Source: an uncultured Acidobacteriaceae bacterium
Lineage (GTDB): Bacteria; Acidobacteriota; Terriglobia; Terriglobales; Acidobacteriaceae
NCBI GenBank assembly: GCA_963841365.1
Contig: CAWJDG010000032.1
Location: forward strand, 25,339 to 89,338
Direction: 5' to 3'
Length of the DNA: 64,000 nt
A model generated the notes under the pieces. It was not told where the DNA came from. It searched no databases and saw only the letters and a program-made list of their open reading frames with translations. Below are positions 31,640 to 41,337 of this stretch, in pieces. Each line of letters starts with the position of its first letter. Position 1 is the first letter of the stretch. The position numbers and the translations under genes were made by a program.

Positions 31640-33925
31640 TTGGATAGCTCCGTGGCATCGCACGCGACAGAATCGCTCACCCTCCCCGTTCTGGGCATGA
31701 CCTGCGCCAGTTGCCAGCACCATGTGGAGGAAGCGCTGCGCTCCACAGCGGGAGTGGAGTCAGCGCGCGTGGATCTAATGGCGCATCGCGCCAACGTGGT
31801 GTTCGATCCCGCACTGGCCGCGCCCGAGCAACTGGTCAATGCCATTCGCGGTGCCGGATACGATGCTGTTCTGCCACGGGCCGGGGATTCCGGCCCGCAG
31901 GCTCGCGACCGCGTAGCAGAGTCGGCCTGGAAAGCTTGGATCACGCTCGCCGCCGGCGCGCTGGCCATGCTGCTGGCTATGCCGCTGGGAACGGAGATGA
32001 GCAGCGCGCCTGATCGCTTCCTGATGCGACTGCTGCCGTGGCTCTATGCGCTGCCCGCAAGTCCATTGCGCTGGTTCTTGCTGATCCTCACAGCGGCCGT
32101 CGTGGCCTGGGCGGGGCGTGGCATCTATGTGAGCGCTGTTCGCGCCCTGCGCCATGGGTCCACCAACATGAACACGCTGGTGAGTCTCGGCACCGCGGTG
32201 GCCTTCGTCTATTCCGCTTACGCCACCTTCGCCCCCGCTCCCGGGCGCGACGTCTACTTTGATGCTGTTCTGCTGATTCTTGGCTTCCTTCTGCTGGGCA
32301 AAGACCTTGAGGGCCGCGCCAAGCGCCGCGCACTCGCAGCGCTGGATTCGCTCTCGCGGCTGCGGCCCGTCACCGCGCGCCGCATGGTCGATGGCGTTCA
32401 GACCGTCGTCCCGCTCGAAGAAGTGCGGCCCGGAGACAGCATCGTGGTGCTGCCCGGTGAGCGATTTCCCGTCGACGCCGTGATTCTTGAAGGCCGCACC
32501 ACGGTCGATGAGTCGATGCTTACCGGCGAATCCACGCCGCTCGATCGCGAGCCTGGTGGCCGCGTGCTGGCCGGTTCGCTCAATTACGACGGAGCAGTGG
32601 TTTGCCGTGCCGAGTCACTGGGCGAGGCTACGGTGCTTTCTCAAATCGCCCGCATGGTCGATCAGGCGCAAAGCTCGCGCGCGCCCATGGAGCGGCTTGC
32701 CGATCGAGCCAGCGCTATCTTCGTGCCCATTGTGCTCGCGCTCGCCGCGATCACATTTGCCGCATGGCTCATCACCACACATTCGTTGCCGCTTGCTCTT
32801 GCCAACACGGTTGCTGTTCTTGTGGTCGCGTGCCCCTGTGCCATGGGCTTGGCCGTGCCGGCTGCGCTTACTGTGGCTGTGGGCCGCGGCGCGCAAATGG
32901 GCGTGCTCTTCAAAGGCGGCGAAGCGCTGGAGCGCCTCGGACACCTCGACGCCGTTGTCCTCGACAAGACAGGCACGCTCACTATGGGCCACCCGGTCCT
33001 CCAGGATGTTCACGCGCTCAACGGCCACACGGAAAACGATCTCCTCCGCATAGCCGCTGCCGCCGAAGAACGTTCCAATCATCCTCTCGCGCACGCTCTA
33101 GTCGACCGGGCGCGTGCGCTCAGACTTACATGGCTGCCTGCCGACGATGTGCAGATTTTTCCTGGCCGCGGCTTGACCGCCCGCGTGGAAGGCCGCGACT
33201 GCCTGCTTGGCAATGAAGCGCTTTTCCGCGAGTTCACGATCGCGCTCCCTGATGGTGTGGCATCACCGGAACCCGGGGTCACGCGCCTGTGGATGGCCCT
33301 GGACAACAAGCCCGCCGGCTACTTTGACGCGCGCGATGCGCTTCGCCCCGACGCAGCTGAAGCTGTCGCCGCATTGCGCCACGCGGGCCTGCGCATGCTG
33401 ATGCTTACCGGAGACTCTGCCGCAGCGGCCGCGCCCATTGCGCAGCAAGCGGGAATCACGGAGGTCGAAGCCGGCCTTGACCCCGCCGGAAAGCTGGCTC
33501 GCATTCGCGAACTTCAGCAATCCGGGCTGCGCGTGGCCATGGTGGGCGACGGCATCAACGACGCCGCCGCGCTGGCCCAGGCCGATGCCGGCATTGCCAT
33601 GGGCACCGGCACCGATCTTGCGCAGGAGGCCGGCGACGTTCTGCTTCTGCGCACGCAGCCTTCCGCCATTCCCGCTGCGCTTGCCCTCGCCCGCGAAACG
33701 CTGCGCATCATGCGCCAGAACCTGGGCTGGGCTGTGGGCTACAACCTCATCGGCATTCCGCTGGCCGCTGGGCTGCTCTATCCGGCCTTCCACGTCCTGC
33801 TCACACCATGGCTGGCGGCGGCGGCCATGGCGCTGAGCTCGGTGTGCGTGCTGGCAAACAGCTTGCGGCTGCGGCGATGGCAGCCTGCCGCTCTCGCCGG
33901 GGAAGGCTGCGCGGCACCAAGCTAA
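31640..33925 (+). CDS. copA: Cu(+)-type P1B ATPase
   Basis: GMTCASC, TGES, CPC, DKTGT, GDGIND, YN and MALSS. Confidence 0.93.
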   Translation: MDSSVASHATESLTLPVLGMTCASCQHHVEEALRSTAGVESARVDLMAHRANVVFDPALAAPEQLVNAIRGAGYDAVLPRAGDSGPQARDRVAESAWKAWITLAAGALAMLLAMPLGTEMSSAPDRFLMRLLPWLYALPASPLRWFLLILTAAVVAWAGRGIYVSAVRALRHGSTNMNTLVSLGTAVAFVYSAYATFAPAPGRDVYFDAVLLILGFLLLGKDLEGRAKRRALAALDSLSRLRPVTARRMVDGVQTVVPLEEVRPGDSIVVLPGERFPVDAVILEGRTTVDESMLTGESTPLDREPGGRVLAGSLNYDGAVVCRAESLGEATVLSQIARMVDQAQSSRAPMERLADRASAIFVPIVLALAAITFAAWLITTHSLPLALANTVAVLVVACPCAMGLAVPAALTVAVGRGAQMGVLFKGGEALERLGHLDAVVLDKTGTLTMGHPVLQDVHALNGHTENDLLRIAAAAEERSNHPLAHALVDRARALRLTWLPADDVQIFPGRGLTARVEGRDCLLGNEALFREFTIALPDGVASPEPGVTRLWMALDNKPAGYFDARDALRPDAAEAVAALRHAGLRMLMLTGDSAAAAAPIAQQAGITEVEAGLDPAGKLARIRELQQSGLRVAMVGDGINDAAALAQADAGIAMGTGTDLAQEAGDVLLLRTQPSAIPAALALARETLRIMRQNLGWAVGYNLIGIPLAAGLLYPAFHVLLTPWLAAAAMALSSVCVLANSLRLRRWQPAALAGEGCAAPS

Positions 33926-33945
33926 ACTAGCGTGAAGGCTTCTCT

Positions 33946-36288
33946 GTGCGCATCCTCACCCGCTACATTCTCGGCGAGATCCTCTCCCTCACATTCATTG
34001 GTTGCGCCCTCTTTACTTTCATTCTCTTCATGCCCCTGCTTCCTCACATCCTTGAGATTGTGGTGCGCAGCAGTTCTACGTGGTCCGACGTGGGGCAGGT
34101 CTTCCTCTTCACCCTTCCCAATCTCTTCAAGGTCACCATTCCCATGGCGGTGCTGTGGGGCATTTTGCTCGGGCTTGAGCCGCCTGGCCTCCGACAGCGA
34201 GATCATCGCCATGCGCGCTTCCGGCCTGGGCATCGGCTATTTTGTTCGCGTCGCCTCCATCGTCGCCGTCAGTGGCACGCTGCTCGGGCTGGGCAACTCA
34301 CTCTATCTCATTCCGCGCGCCAACCAGGCCATCATCCAGATGGAGCAGGCTCTTGAAACCTCGCAGGCCTCCTATGAGATTCAGCCGCGCGTTTTCTATG
34401 AGGATTTTCGCAACTACGTTCTCTATGTGCAGGACGTGCGCGCCGGCGCGGGCGCGGCCAACTGGGGCCAGGTTTTCATGGCCGATGTCAGCGATCCCGG
34501 CAATCCAAAGGTCACCACCGCCGAATCGGCCACCGTGGTCAACGACAGCTCGCAGGAGCTGATCATGCGCCTGCGCAACGGTCTGCGCGACGAAACCGTC
34601 GCCGACCAGCCGGGGCAGTCCAACATCTCCACCTTCACTACCACTGACATGCCGCTGCTTCTGGGCCAGCAGAGCGACGTCCACCTGGGCCGAATGGACC
34701 AGGCCCTCTTCGCCATGCCCGTCAGCATGCTGCTGCAGCGGATTCACGGTCCCGACAGCAAGCGATTTCTCATTGAGCTGCACAATCGCTTTGCTTATCC
34801 CGCCGCCTGCCTGGTGCTGATGCTGGTAGGCGTTCCTCTCGGTGTGGCCTCGCGCCGCGGAGGCAAAAGCTCGGGATTCGTCTTCACCATCCTGCTGGTC
34901 TTCGTTTACTACTTCCTCTCGTCCACCGGGGTTGCTCTTGGACATCAAAGCCGGCTCCCGGCATTTTTCGCGGTGTGGTCGGCGAATCTGCTCTTCGCCG
35001 CTGCCGGCATCTTTCTGTTGTGGCAAATGGCCACCGGCGGCCGCATCCTGGCCGCCATCACAGCATGGATCTCCCGATTGCCCAAGCTCAAGGCGCCGCC
35101 CAAGCCCAATGGTTTTCCCCTCGCCGGTCTTCTCGATCGCTTTCAGCCGCGCGTACCGCGCAACAAGCCTCGCAGCATCTTTCCGCGCATCCTCGACGAG
35201 TACATCGTGCGCGAGTTTGCCACTATGTTTTTCCTCGTTCTTGCCGGCTTTGTCCTGCTCATGATCGTCTTCACGTTCTTCGATCTGATTGGCGACATTC
35301 TTCGCAACCGCATCGCTCTCGGCATCGTCGGCGAGTATCTGTTGAACCTTACCCCGAGCATGATCTACCAGATCGCGCCCCTGGCCGTCCTCATTGCGGC
35401 CCTGGTCATCTTCAGCGCGCTCAATCGCAACAGCGAAATCGTCGCCATGAAGGCAACCGGCATCAGCCTTTACCGGCTGGTCATTCCCATCGTCGCCATC
35501 GCCGTTTGCCTGTCCGTGAGCCTGTTTGTCTTTGCGCAGTACTATCTGCCTCAGGCCAACCGCCGGCAAGAGGGGCTGCGCAACATCATCAAGGGCCGGC
35601 CACCGCAAACCTACCTCAACCCCAATGAGAAATGGATTTTCGGCCAAAAGCCGCTTCCCGGCGAGCCAGGCAGCATCTTCTACTACGAGTTCTTCGATCC
35701 AGACAGCAATGAGTTTGCTAATATTTCCGTCTTCGAGTTCGATCCCTCCACCTTCCAACTCACGCGGCGCATCTTTGCCAAGCGCGCGGTCTGGAATCCG
35801 GATTCCCTGGATGGCTCTTCGAAAGCGGCTGGGTGCGTGACATCCAGGGCGCGAACGTGAAGGCGTACCGCACGTTCCTTAAAACATCATTTTCTGAAAT
35901 TCACGCGGGGCCGGATTACTTCAAGAAAGAGGATCTGCAATCGCAGGAGATGAACTTCGGCCAGCTCGACCACTATATCCGCGACCTGCGCCAGAGCGGA
36001 TTTGACACCAAGCGCCTTAGCGTCGCGCTCTGGGACAAGCTCTCCTATCCGCTGATCGCGGTCGTCATGGCGGTGCTTGCCATTCCCTTCGCGCTCTCCA
36101 TGGGGCGCCGCGGCTCCATCACCGGCGTCGCCGTAGCCATCGCCGTGGCGCTCGCCTACTGGGTCGTGAATCTCATGTTTGAAGCCATGGGCAACGTGAA
36201 TTACCTGCCCGCATCCATGGCGGCCTGGTCTGCCGACGTCCTCTTCGGCCTTGTCGGCGGCTATCTGCTGCTGCGCACGCCGACGTAA
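33946..36288 (+). CDS. lptF: Fused LptF/LptG LPS export permease, split by frameshifts (~34176, ~35807)
   Basis: MRILTRYI...GILLGL then SRLASDSEIIAMRASG; second unit RILDEYI...RNSEIVAMKATG; C-terminal part in a third frame. Confidence 0.85.
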
Positions 36289-36409
36289 AGCAAAGATCTG
36301 GGAACTGGGATTAGAGACCAGGGAATAGCCAGTAGCTTGTAGCCGGTAGCTGGTAGCGAGTGTTTGGGCGAATTTCGAGCTCCAATCGCGCTCCCGGTAC
36401 AATAAACCT

Positions 36410-38176
36410 ATGCTCGGCGACCTCGGCCCCCTCTACCCCTACATGCGCCGCTACCGCTGGGGATATGTCCGCGGCACGCTGGCGTGCGTAGCCACAAACA
36501 TTGTTGCCGTCCAGTTTCCCCGCGTACTCGGCATGGCCGTCGACAGGATCGAGAAGGGGACCACTCGCGAACTGATCCTGATCTTTGCCCTGATCCTGAT
36601 CGGCATCAGCCTGGTCAAGGGCATCTTCCTCTACGCGCAGCGCTGGGTTCTCATCGGCATCTCGCGCGAAATCGAATTCGATCTGCGCAACGACCTCTTC
36701 CTCAAGCTCGAGACTCAGGACTCGGGCTTCTATCAGCGCTATCGCACCGGCGACATTATGGCCCGCATGACCAACGACCTGAACGCCGTGCGCATGCTTC
36801 TCGGGCCGGCGCTCATGTACAGCGCCAATACAATCTTCCTCTCTGTCTTTGCGCTGTTCTTTATGCTGCGGATCAGCCCTTATCTGACCATGGTGGCGCT
36901 GGCGCCCATGCCGCTGGCCAGCATCGTCATTCAGTATCTCGGGCGCAAGATTCACGACCGCTTCGAGCGCATCCAGGCCAGCTTTTCCGATATCTCCGCG
37001 CAAGCCCAGGAAAACTACTCCGGCGTCCGCCTCATTCGCGCCTTTGCCCGCGAGGAGTCTCAGATCGGACTCTTCGAGCGCCTCAACCGGCAGTACATCG
37101 GCCGCGCCCTGCGCCTTGTGCAGTTGATGGGCATGTTGTGGCCTACGCTCGAGTTCATCCTCGGCATCTCCATGATCATCACCCTCTTCGCCGGCGGCCA
37201 CCAGGTCCTCGCGCACCGCATCACGGTCGGCCAATTCGTAGCCTTCAGTACCTACATGATTCTGCTTATCTGGCCCATCATCGCGGTGGGCTGGGTCATC
37301 AACATCTTTCAGCGCGGCACGGCCTCAGTCAAGCGCATTGATGAACTGCTTAAATCCGAGCCGGCGATTGACGACAGGCACTCCACGCCCTCAGCCTTTG
37401 GGCCGGGTTTCAGGCTCAACGGAGAGATTGAATTCCGCAATCTCACGTTCAGCTACGACGACACGCCCGGGCAAACACCGGTCTTGCGCGACGTCTCGCT
37501 GCACATTCCTGCCGGATCGAGCCTGGCCATCGTCGGCCCCACCGGCTGCGGCAAAACCACGCTCGTCAACTTGATCCCGCGCCTGTTTGATGCGCCCGAA
37601 GACATGCTTTTCATTGACGGCCGCCCCGTGCGCGAATATCCGCTGGAGGTTTTGCGGCGCAACATCGGCATGGTGCCCCAGGAAACTTTCCTTTTCAGCG
37701 AGACCATCCGCGAAAACCTGGCCTTTGGCGCGCCGAAAGCAAGCGCCAAAGAGCTTCTGGAAGCGGCGCAGGCGGCTCACATTCGCGTGGAATTCGAAGA
37801 GTTTCCGCAAGGCTTTGAAACCATGGTCGGCGAGCGCGGTGTCACACTCTCCGGCGGGCAAAAGCAGCGCGCCGCCATCGCTCGCGCGTTGTTGCGGCGG
37901 CCCGCCATCCTTATCCTCGACGACGCGCTCGCCAGCGTTGACACCTACACGGAAGAGCGCATCCTCGGCGGCTTGCGCGCTTACACAGCCGATACCACGA
38001 CCATCCTCATCTCGCACCGCGTGTCTACGGTGCGCAATGCCGACCGCATCGCCGTGCTCGACAAAGGCCGCATCGTCGAAGTGGGACGCCACGACGAACT
38101 GCTCGCCCTCGACGGCTACTACGCCAGCCTCTACCAGAAGCAGCAGCTCGAAGAAGAGCTGACGGTGGCGGGATAA
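36410..38176 (+). CDS. ABC exporter, fused TMD-NBD (MdlA/MsbA-like)
   Basis: GDIMARMTND, GPTGCGKT, LSGGQKQR, ILDD. Confidence 0.92.
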   Translation: MLGDLGPLYPYMRRYRWGYVRGTLACVATNIVAVQFPRVLGMAVDRIEKGTTRELILIFALILIGISLVKGIFLYAQRWVLIGISREIEFDLRNDLFLKLETQDSGFYQRYRTGDIMARMTNDLNAVRMLLGPALMYSANTIFLSVFALFFMLRISPYLTMVALAPMPLASIVIQYLGRKIHDRFERIQASFSDISAQAQENYSGVRLIRAFAREESQIGLFERLNRQYIGRALRLVQLMGMLWPTLEFILGISMIITLFAGGHQVLAHRITVGQFVAFSTYMILLIWPIIAVGWVINIFQRGTASVKRIDELLKSEPAIDDRHSTPSAFGPGFRLNGEIEFRNLTFSYDDTPGQTPVLRDVSLHIPAGSSLAIVGPTGCGKTTLVNLIPRLFDAPEDMLFIDGRPVREYPLEVLRRNIGMVPQETFLFSETIRENLAFGAPKASAKELLEAAQAAHIRVEFEEFPQGFETMVGERGVTLSGGQKQRAAIARALLRRPAILILDDALASVDTYTEERILGGLRAYTADTTTILISHRVSTVRNADRIAVLDKGRIVEVGRHDELLALDGYYASLYQKQQLEEELTVAG

Positions 38177-38333
38177 CGAGCCGGTTGCTTCATCCTGGTT
38201 TTGCTAGGGCGCGACGCTTCTGAAAAAATTCTCCCATCGCGTTCAAGACCTCGCAAAAAAACATTGCATCTTCACGCATTTCGATTTATGCACCAACCTT
38301 GGTGAAATCCACAAATTTACTTGTTTTTTGCAC

Positions 38334-38363
38334 TTGCTTCCACAGATTGAACGGACGTACTGT
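38334..38363 (+). promoter_or_regulatory. Sigma70-like promoter for the candidate ncRNA
   Basis: TTGCTT 38334-39, 18 nt, TACTGT 38358-63, with an AT-rich upstream tract. Confidence 0.5.
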
Positions 38364-38369
38364 CTCATT

Positions 38370-39237
38370 CAACTGATGACCTTGTAGGGCATTAGGAGTT
38401 GGTTGCCGGAATGGTTGGCGGAACGAAAAGCCGATGAGAATCGGAAAATGGACGCCAGCCCGGCCAGAGGGTGAAACCTGAGGCGAAAGCCGCAGAGGGA
38501 TCGCTGGTCGCGCCAGACATTGCAAAAGCCGACGCAAGTCGGAAGTTGTTAAGCTGGCAGATCCGGAGGGTGCGCGAACCGGTGGATACGGAATACTCAT
38601 CGGCGGCTCAGCTGCCGATGCAAGGTTCGGTTGAAGCAAGGGGTGCATCAAAGGCCCAGCCGGAGGTAGAAACATCCGACGCAAGTCGGGTGAGTCGAAA
38701 CCGGTAAAGCTGGAGGAGGAACAGCCGATGCGAGTCGGAGGTTCGCCGCCGGTGTGGCAGACGGGCGACAGAAGGCGCAAGCTGGAAGTCGCAGCAGCAG
38801 TCAGCGCAAGCTGACAGGTTGCAACAGCAGCCGGCGAAAGTCGGAGGCTGGACACGAGCCGAGCTGAAGGATCAACGCCAGGTGCGAGTCGAAAGTTAGT
38901 CGCCGGCCTTGCCGGAGGAAGGATCGTTCGACGCAAGTCGGATGGATCGCCGCCGGTCGAACGGAAGCGCGCAACAGCCGATGCAAATCGGAGGTTCGCC
39001 ACTGGTCGAGCCGAACGATGGAACGCCGATCCGAGCCGGGAAAGTTGGCCGCCGGTCGAGCCGGATTGCAGAGCAGTCGGCGCAAGTCGAAGGTTCTCAA
39101 GCCGTCGCAGCCAGAGGATGTGACGCCAGCGAAAGCTGGAGGTCAGCCGCTGGGGTAGCCGGAGGACGCAACAACCGGCTGTACTATGAGTTATCAAGAT
39201 TGAAACGCCAGAGGCTTCGGTCTCTGGCGTTTTCAAT
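38370..39237 (+). ncRNA. Candidate large modular structured ncRNA (~49-nt GNRA-hairpin units)
   Basis: 12 clear GNRA-capped hairpins, ~49-nt period, compensatory stem changes, 5'/3' end pairing, flanking promoter and terminator. Confidence 0.75.
39199..39237 (+). terminator. Strong intrinsic terminator
   Basis: AAACGCCAGAGGC-TTCG-GTCTCTGGCGTTT with a T-tract; C(UUCG)G loop reads correctly on the + strand. Confidence 0.85.
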
Positions 39238-39342
39238 TTACGGCCATTTCTCCCGAACACCTGGCCGCTGCATCCCCGCCGTGCTCCTCGTCACCGCGCC
39301 CTCCGCCACACTCCGCATTACACTGGCCGTGGAGAGTCACTC

Positions 39343-39846
39343 ATGTCATCCGGGTTCATCAGAAAGAGCGCGACCGCCATCGCCGCCCTCGCATTCGTGT
39401 GCCTTTTTGAATTACCTCCGCGCGCCATCGCCCAATGGGCGTCGCCGCAGCCGGCCAGCGCAACGACCATTCCGGCCGCCCAGCTCATCCAGCCCGAAGC
39501 GCTCAACCGCCTGCTTCACTCCCTCGGCGCTGACAAGCCCCTCATCCTGCAGGTCGGCTCGCGCATGATGTTCGCCCAAGCCCACATTCCCGGCTCGGAG
39601 TACGCGGGCCCCGGCTCGCAATCGGAAGGACTGCAGCAGTTGCGCGCCCGCGTCGCCTCGCTCCCCCGGTCGAGCTTCATCGTCCTCTACTGTGGCTGTT
39701 GTCCGTGGAATCGCTGCCCTAACGTCGGCCCTGCCTACAATCTGCTGCACGAAATGGGTTTCGCCCGTGTCAAAGTTTTGTACCTCGCCGACAACTTCGG
39801 CACCGATTGGGCCGGCAAAGGCTACCCGATTGAGAGCGTTCACTAG
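39343..39846 (+). CDS. Secreted rhodanese-like domain protein
   Basis: Signal peptide, AHIPGS, IVLYCGCCPWNRCPNV, DWAGKGYP. Confidence 0.8.
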   Translation: MSSGFIRKSATAIAALAFVCLFELPPRAIAQWASPQPASATTIPAAQLIQPEALNRLLHSLGADKPLILQVGSRMMFAQAHIPGSEYAGPGSQSEGLQQLRARVASLPRSSFIVLYCGCCPWNRCPNVGPAYNLLHEMGFARVKVLYLADNFGTDWAGKGYPIESVH

Positions 39847-39850
39847 CGCC

Positions 39851-40384
39851 GTGACTTCTGCGCCAACAGAACGCCGCGGTCTCCTCCGCGCACTTTTTGT
39901 CGCGCTCATCACCGCGTCTCTCGCCACTGCGGCCAAGCACGCCGCCACCACTCAAGAAACCCTCCTTAACCACCCCGCGCCCCAGTTCTCCCTGTCTGAC
40001 CTCAACGGCCGACCGCTCTCGCTCGAGCGCTACCGCGGCAAAGTCGTGCTGCTCAACTTCTGGGCCACCTGGTGTGCGCCGTGCCTGATTGAGATGCCCA
40101 CCTTCGCCGCGTGGCAACGTCAATACGGCCCGCAAGGCTTGCAGGTCATCGGCATCTCTATGGACGACACCGCCGCGCCTGCGCGCCACACCGTCCATCG
40201 CCTCAACCTCAACTACCCCGTGGCCGTGGGCAATGCTCGCCTTGGCGCTCGCTACGGCGGAGTCCTCGGCCTGCCGCTCACATTCCTCATCGACCGCCGC
40301 GGCATAATCCATGCGCGTTTCCAGGGTGAGACCGATTTGAAATTGATCGAGGACGGAGCGAGTGCGCTTCTGGCCAAGCCTTGA
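39851..40384 (+). CDS. TlpA-family thiol:disulfide oxidoreductase
   Basis: GKVVLLNFWATWCAPC, GLPLTFLID. Confidence 0.9.
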   Translation: MTSAPTERRGLLRALFVALITASLATAAKHAATTQETLLNHPAPQFSLSDLNGRPLSLERYRGKVVLLNFWATWCAPCLIEMPTFAAWQRQYGPQGLQVIGISMDDTAAPARHTVHRLNLNYPVAVGNARLGARYGGVLGLPLTFLIDRRGIIHARFQGETDLKLIEDGASALLAKP

Positions 40385-40468
40385 CGGCAGCATGATTCTC
40401 GAGCCCGGCCGCTGCGCATTCTCGCACACGCCCGCGTAGCGCAAAAGTTAGAAATTAATCTCTCTACA

Positions 40469-41020
40469 CTAGCCTCTCAGTAAAGGCAGTCCGGCGCGTG
40501 CCGCAATCAAGCGCGCTACGTTCTTAGCGCGGTAAAAACAGTGCGATGTGAACGTGACGGTGTTCGTGTCCGTGCCGAGAATAGTGAATTTCCGCGCATT
40601 CGGCGCGTTCTTGTAATGCACCGCGGCAATTCCGTTCCACGGCATAAACACTTCCTCCGTGTCATTCCTGTCGCCCAGCTTGAAGTGCGCTCCAAGGTTG
40701 TCCAGCAGCACCGAGCAATGGGCCAGCAAGCGTCCTTGCCTCCACAAAAAGACATTCGATGCCGCCATCAGCCATGCTCCTGTTGCCCACACGAAAGCGG
40801 CGGCGGCCTTTTCGAGGTTGATCGCGTGCAGCGGGAAGATGGAGGAAATGGCGAGCGCTGCCATGCTCAGGCATATTACGAGTGAAGCGGCGCTCCCCAG
40901 GAATATCAATCCGATCAGGATCCGGCCGTTGCGAACCAGCGTCGGACGCACCCGTGACAACTCCTGCTGCCGGCCCATTCCCGCTGCCCGGGCCAGTGCG
41001 AAATCTTGTGCTTCGATCAT
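40469..41020 (-). CDS. Hypothetical membrane protein
   Basis: SD GAAGGAG before ATG 41020; two TM segments then a soluble domain. Confidence 0.65.
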   Translation of the reverse strand: MIEAQDFALARAAGMGRQQELSRVRPTLVRNGRILIGLIFLGSAASLVICLSMAALAISSIFPLHAINLEKAAAAFVWATGAWLMAASNVFLWRQGRLLAHCSVLLDNLGAHFKLGDRNDTEEVFMPWNGIAAVHYKNAPNARKFTILGTDTNTVTFTSHCFYRAKNVARLIAARAGLPLLRG

Positions 41021-41337
41021 GACGCAAACTCCTTCACAACGGGATTCGGTGGTCTGCGTAGAGAGGCAGCCCTGCTGGCGGAATCCCGTCTTGCTTTTCA
41101 TGCAGCCGCCGTCGCGGCAGCGCGCGCGAGGCAACTTTCGCTCGCGCGACTTTATGCCCAGCCTGGGCAGGAATTCACGAATTCTCAGGGGGGAGATAGG
41201 CCGCCAGGGGGAAACAGCGGCAGGTATTCGAAAGTACACCATCCTGCAATCTCTGGCAAGTCAGCAATCCATAGTTTCGTCGGTTTTTCGCCGCCCGGCA
41301 GTAACCGTTGCGTGCATTACACTGGCGCAGGGCAAAC

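Noticed and set aside
34298-35758. Long antisense ORFs (also 10274-11380, 6174-6977, 36311-37234, 60644-61525)
   Set aside because: Shadows of high-GC genes on the opposite strand, with no motifs of their own.
38719-38744. Group II intron domain V resemblance (AGCCG...GNRA...GGTTC)
   Set aside because: Too short for domain V, repeated many times, and I found no domain VI, interrupted host gene or reverse transcriptase.
38413-39153. CRISPR array
   Set aside because: No near-identical repeats alternating with unique spacers; the whole unit is degenerate and base-paired; no cas genes in the window.
38286-39260. 324-aa minus-strand ORF (and 38909-39568 on +) over the candidate ncRNA
   Set aside because: No recognisable domain; the recurring SDLRR-type words come from the hairpin repeat; the 49-nt period is incompatible with a codon repeat; RNA loops, promoter and terminator all point to a + strand non-coding transcript.
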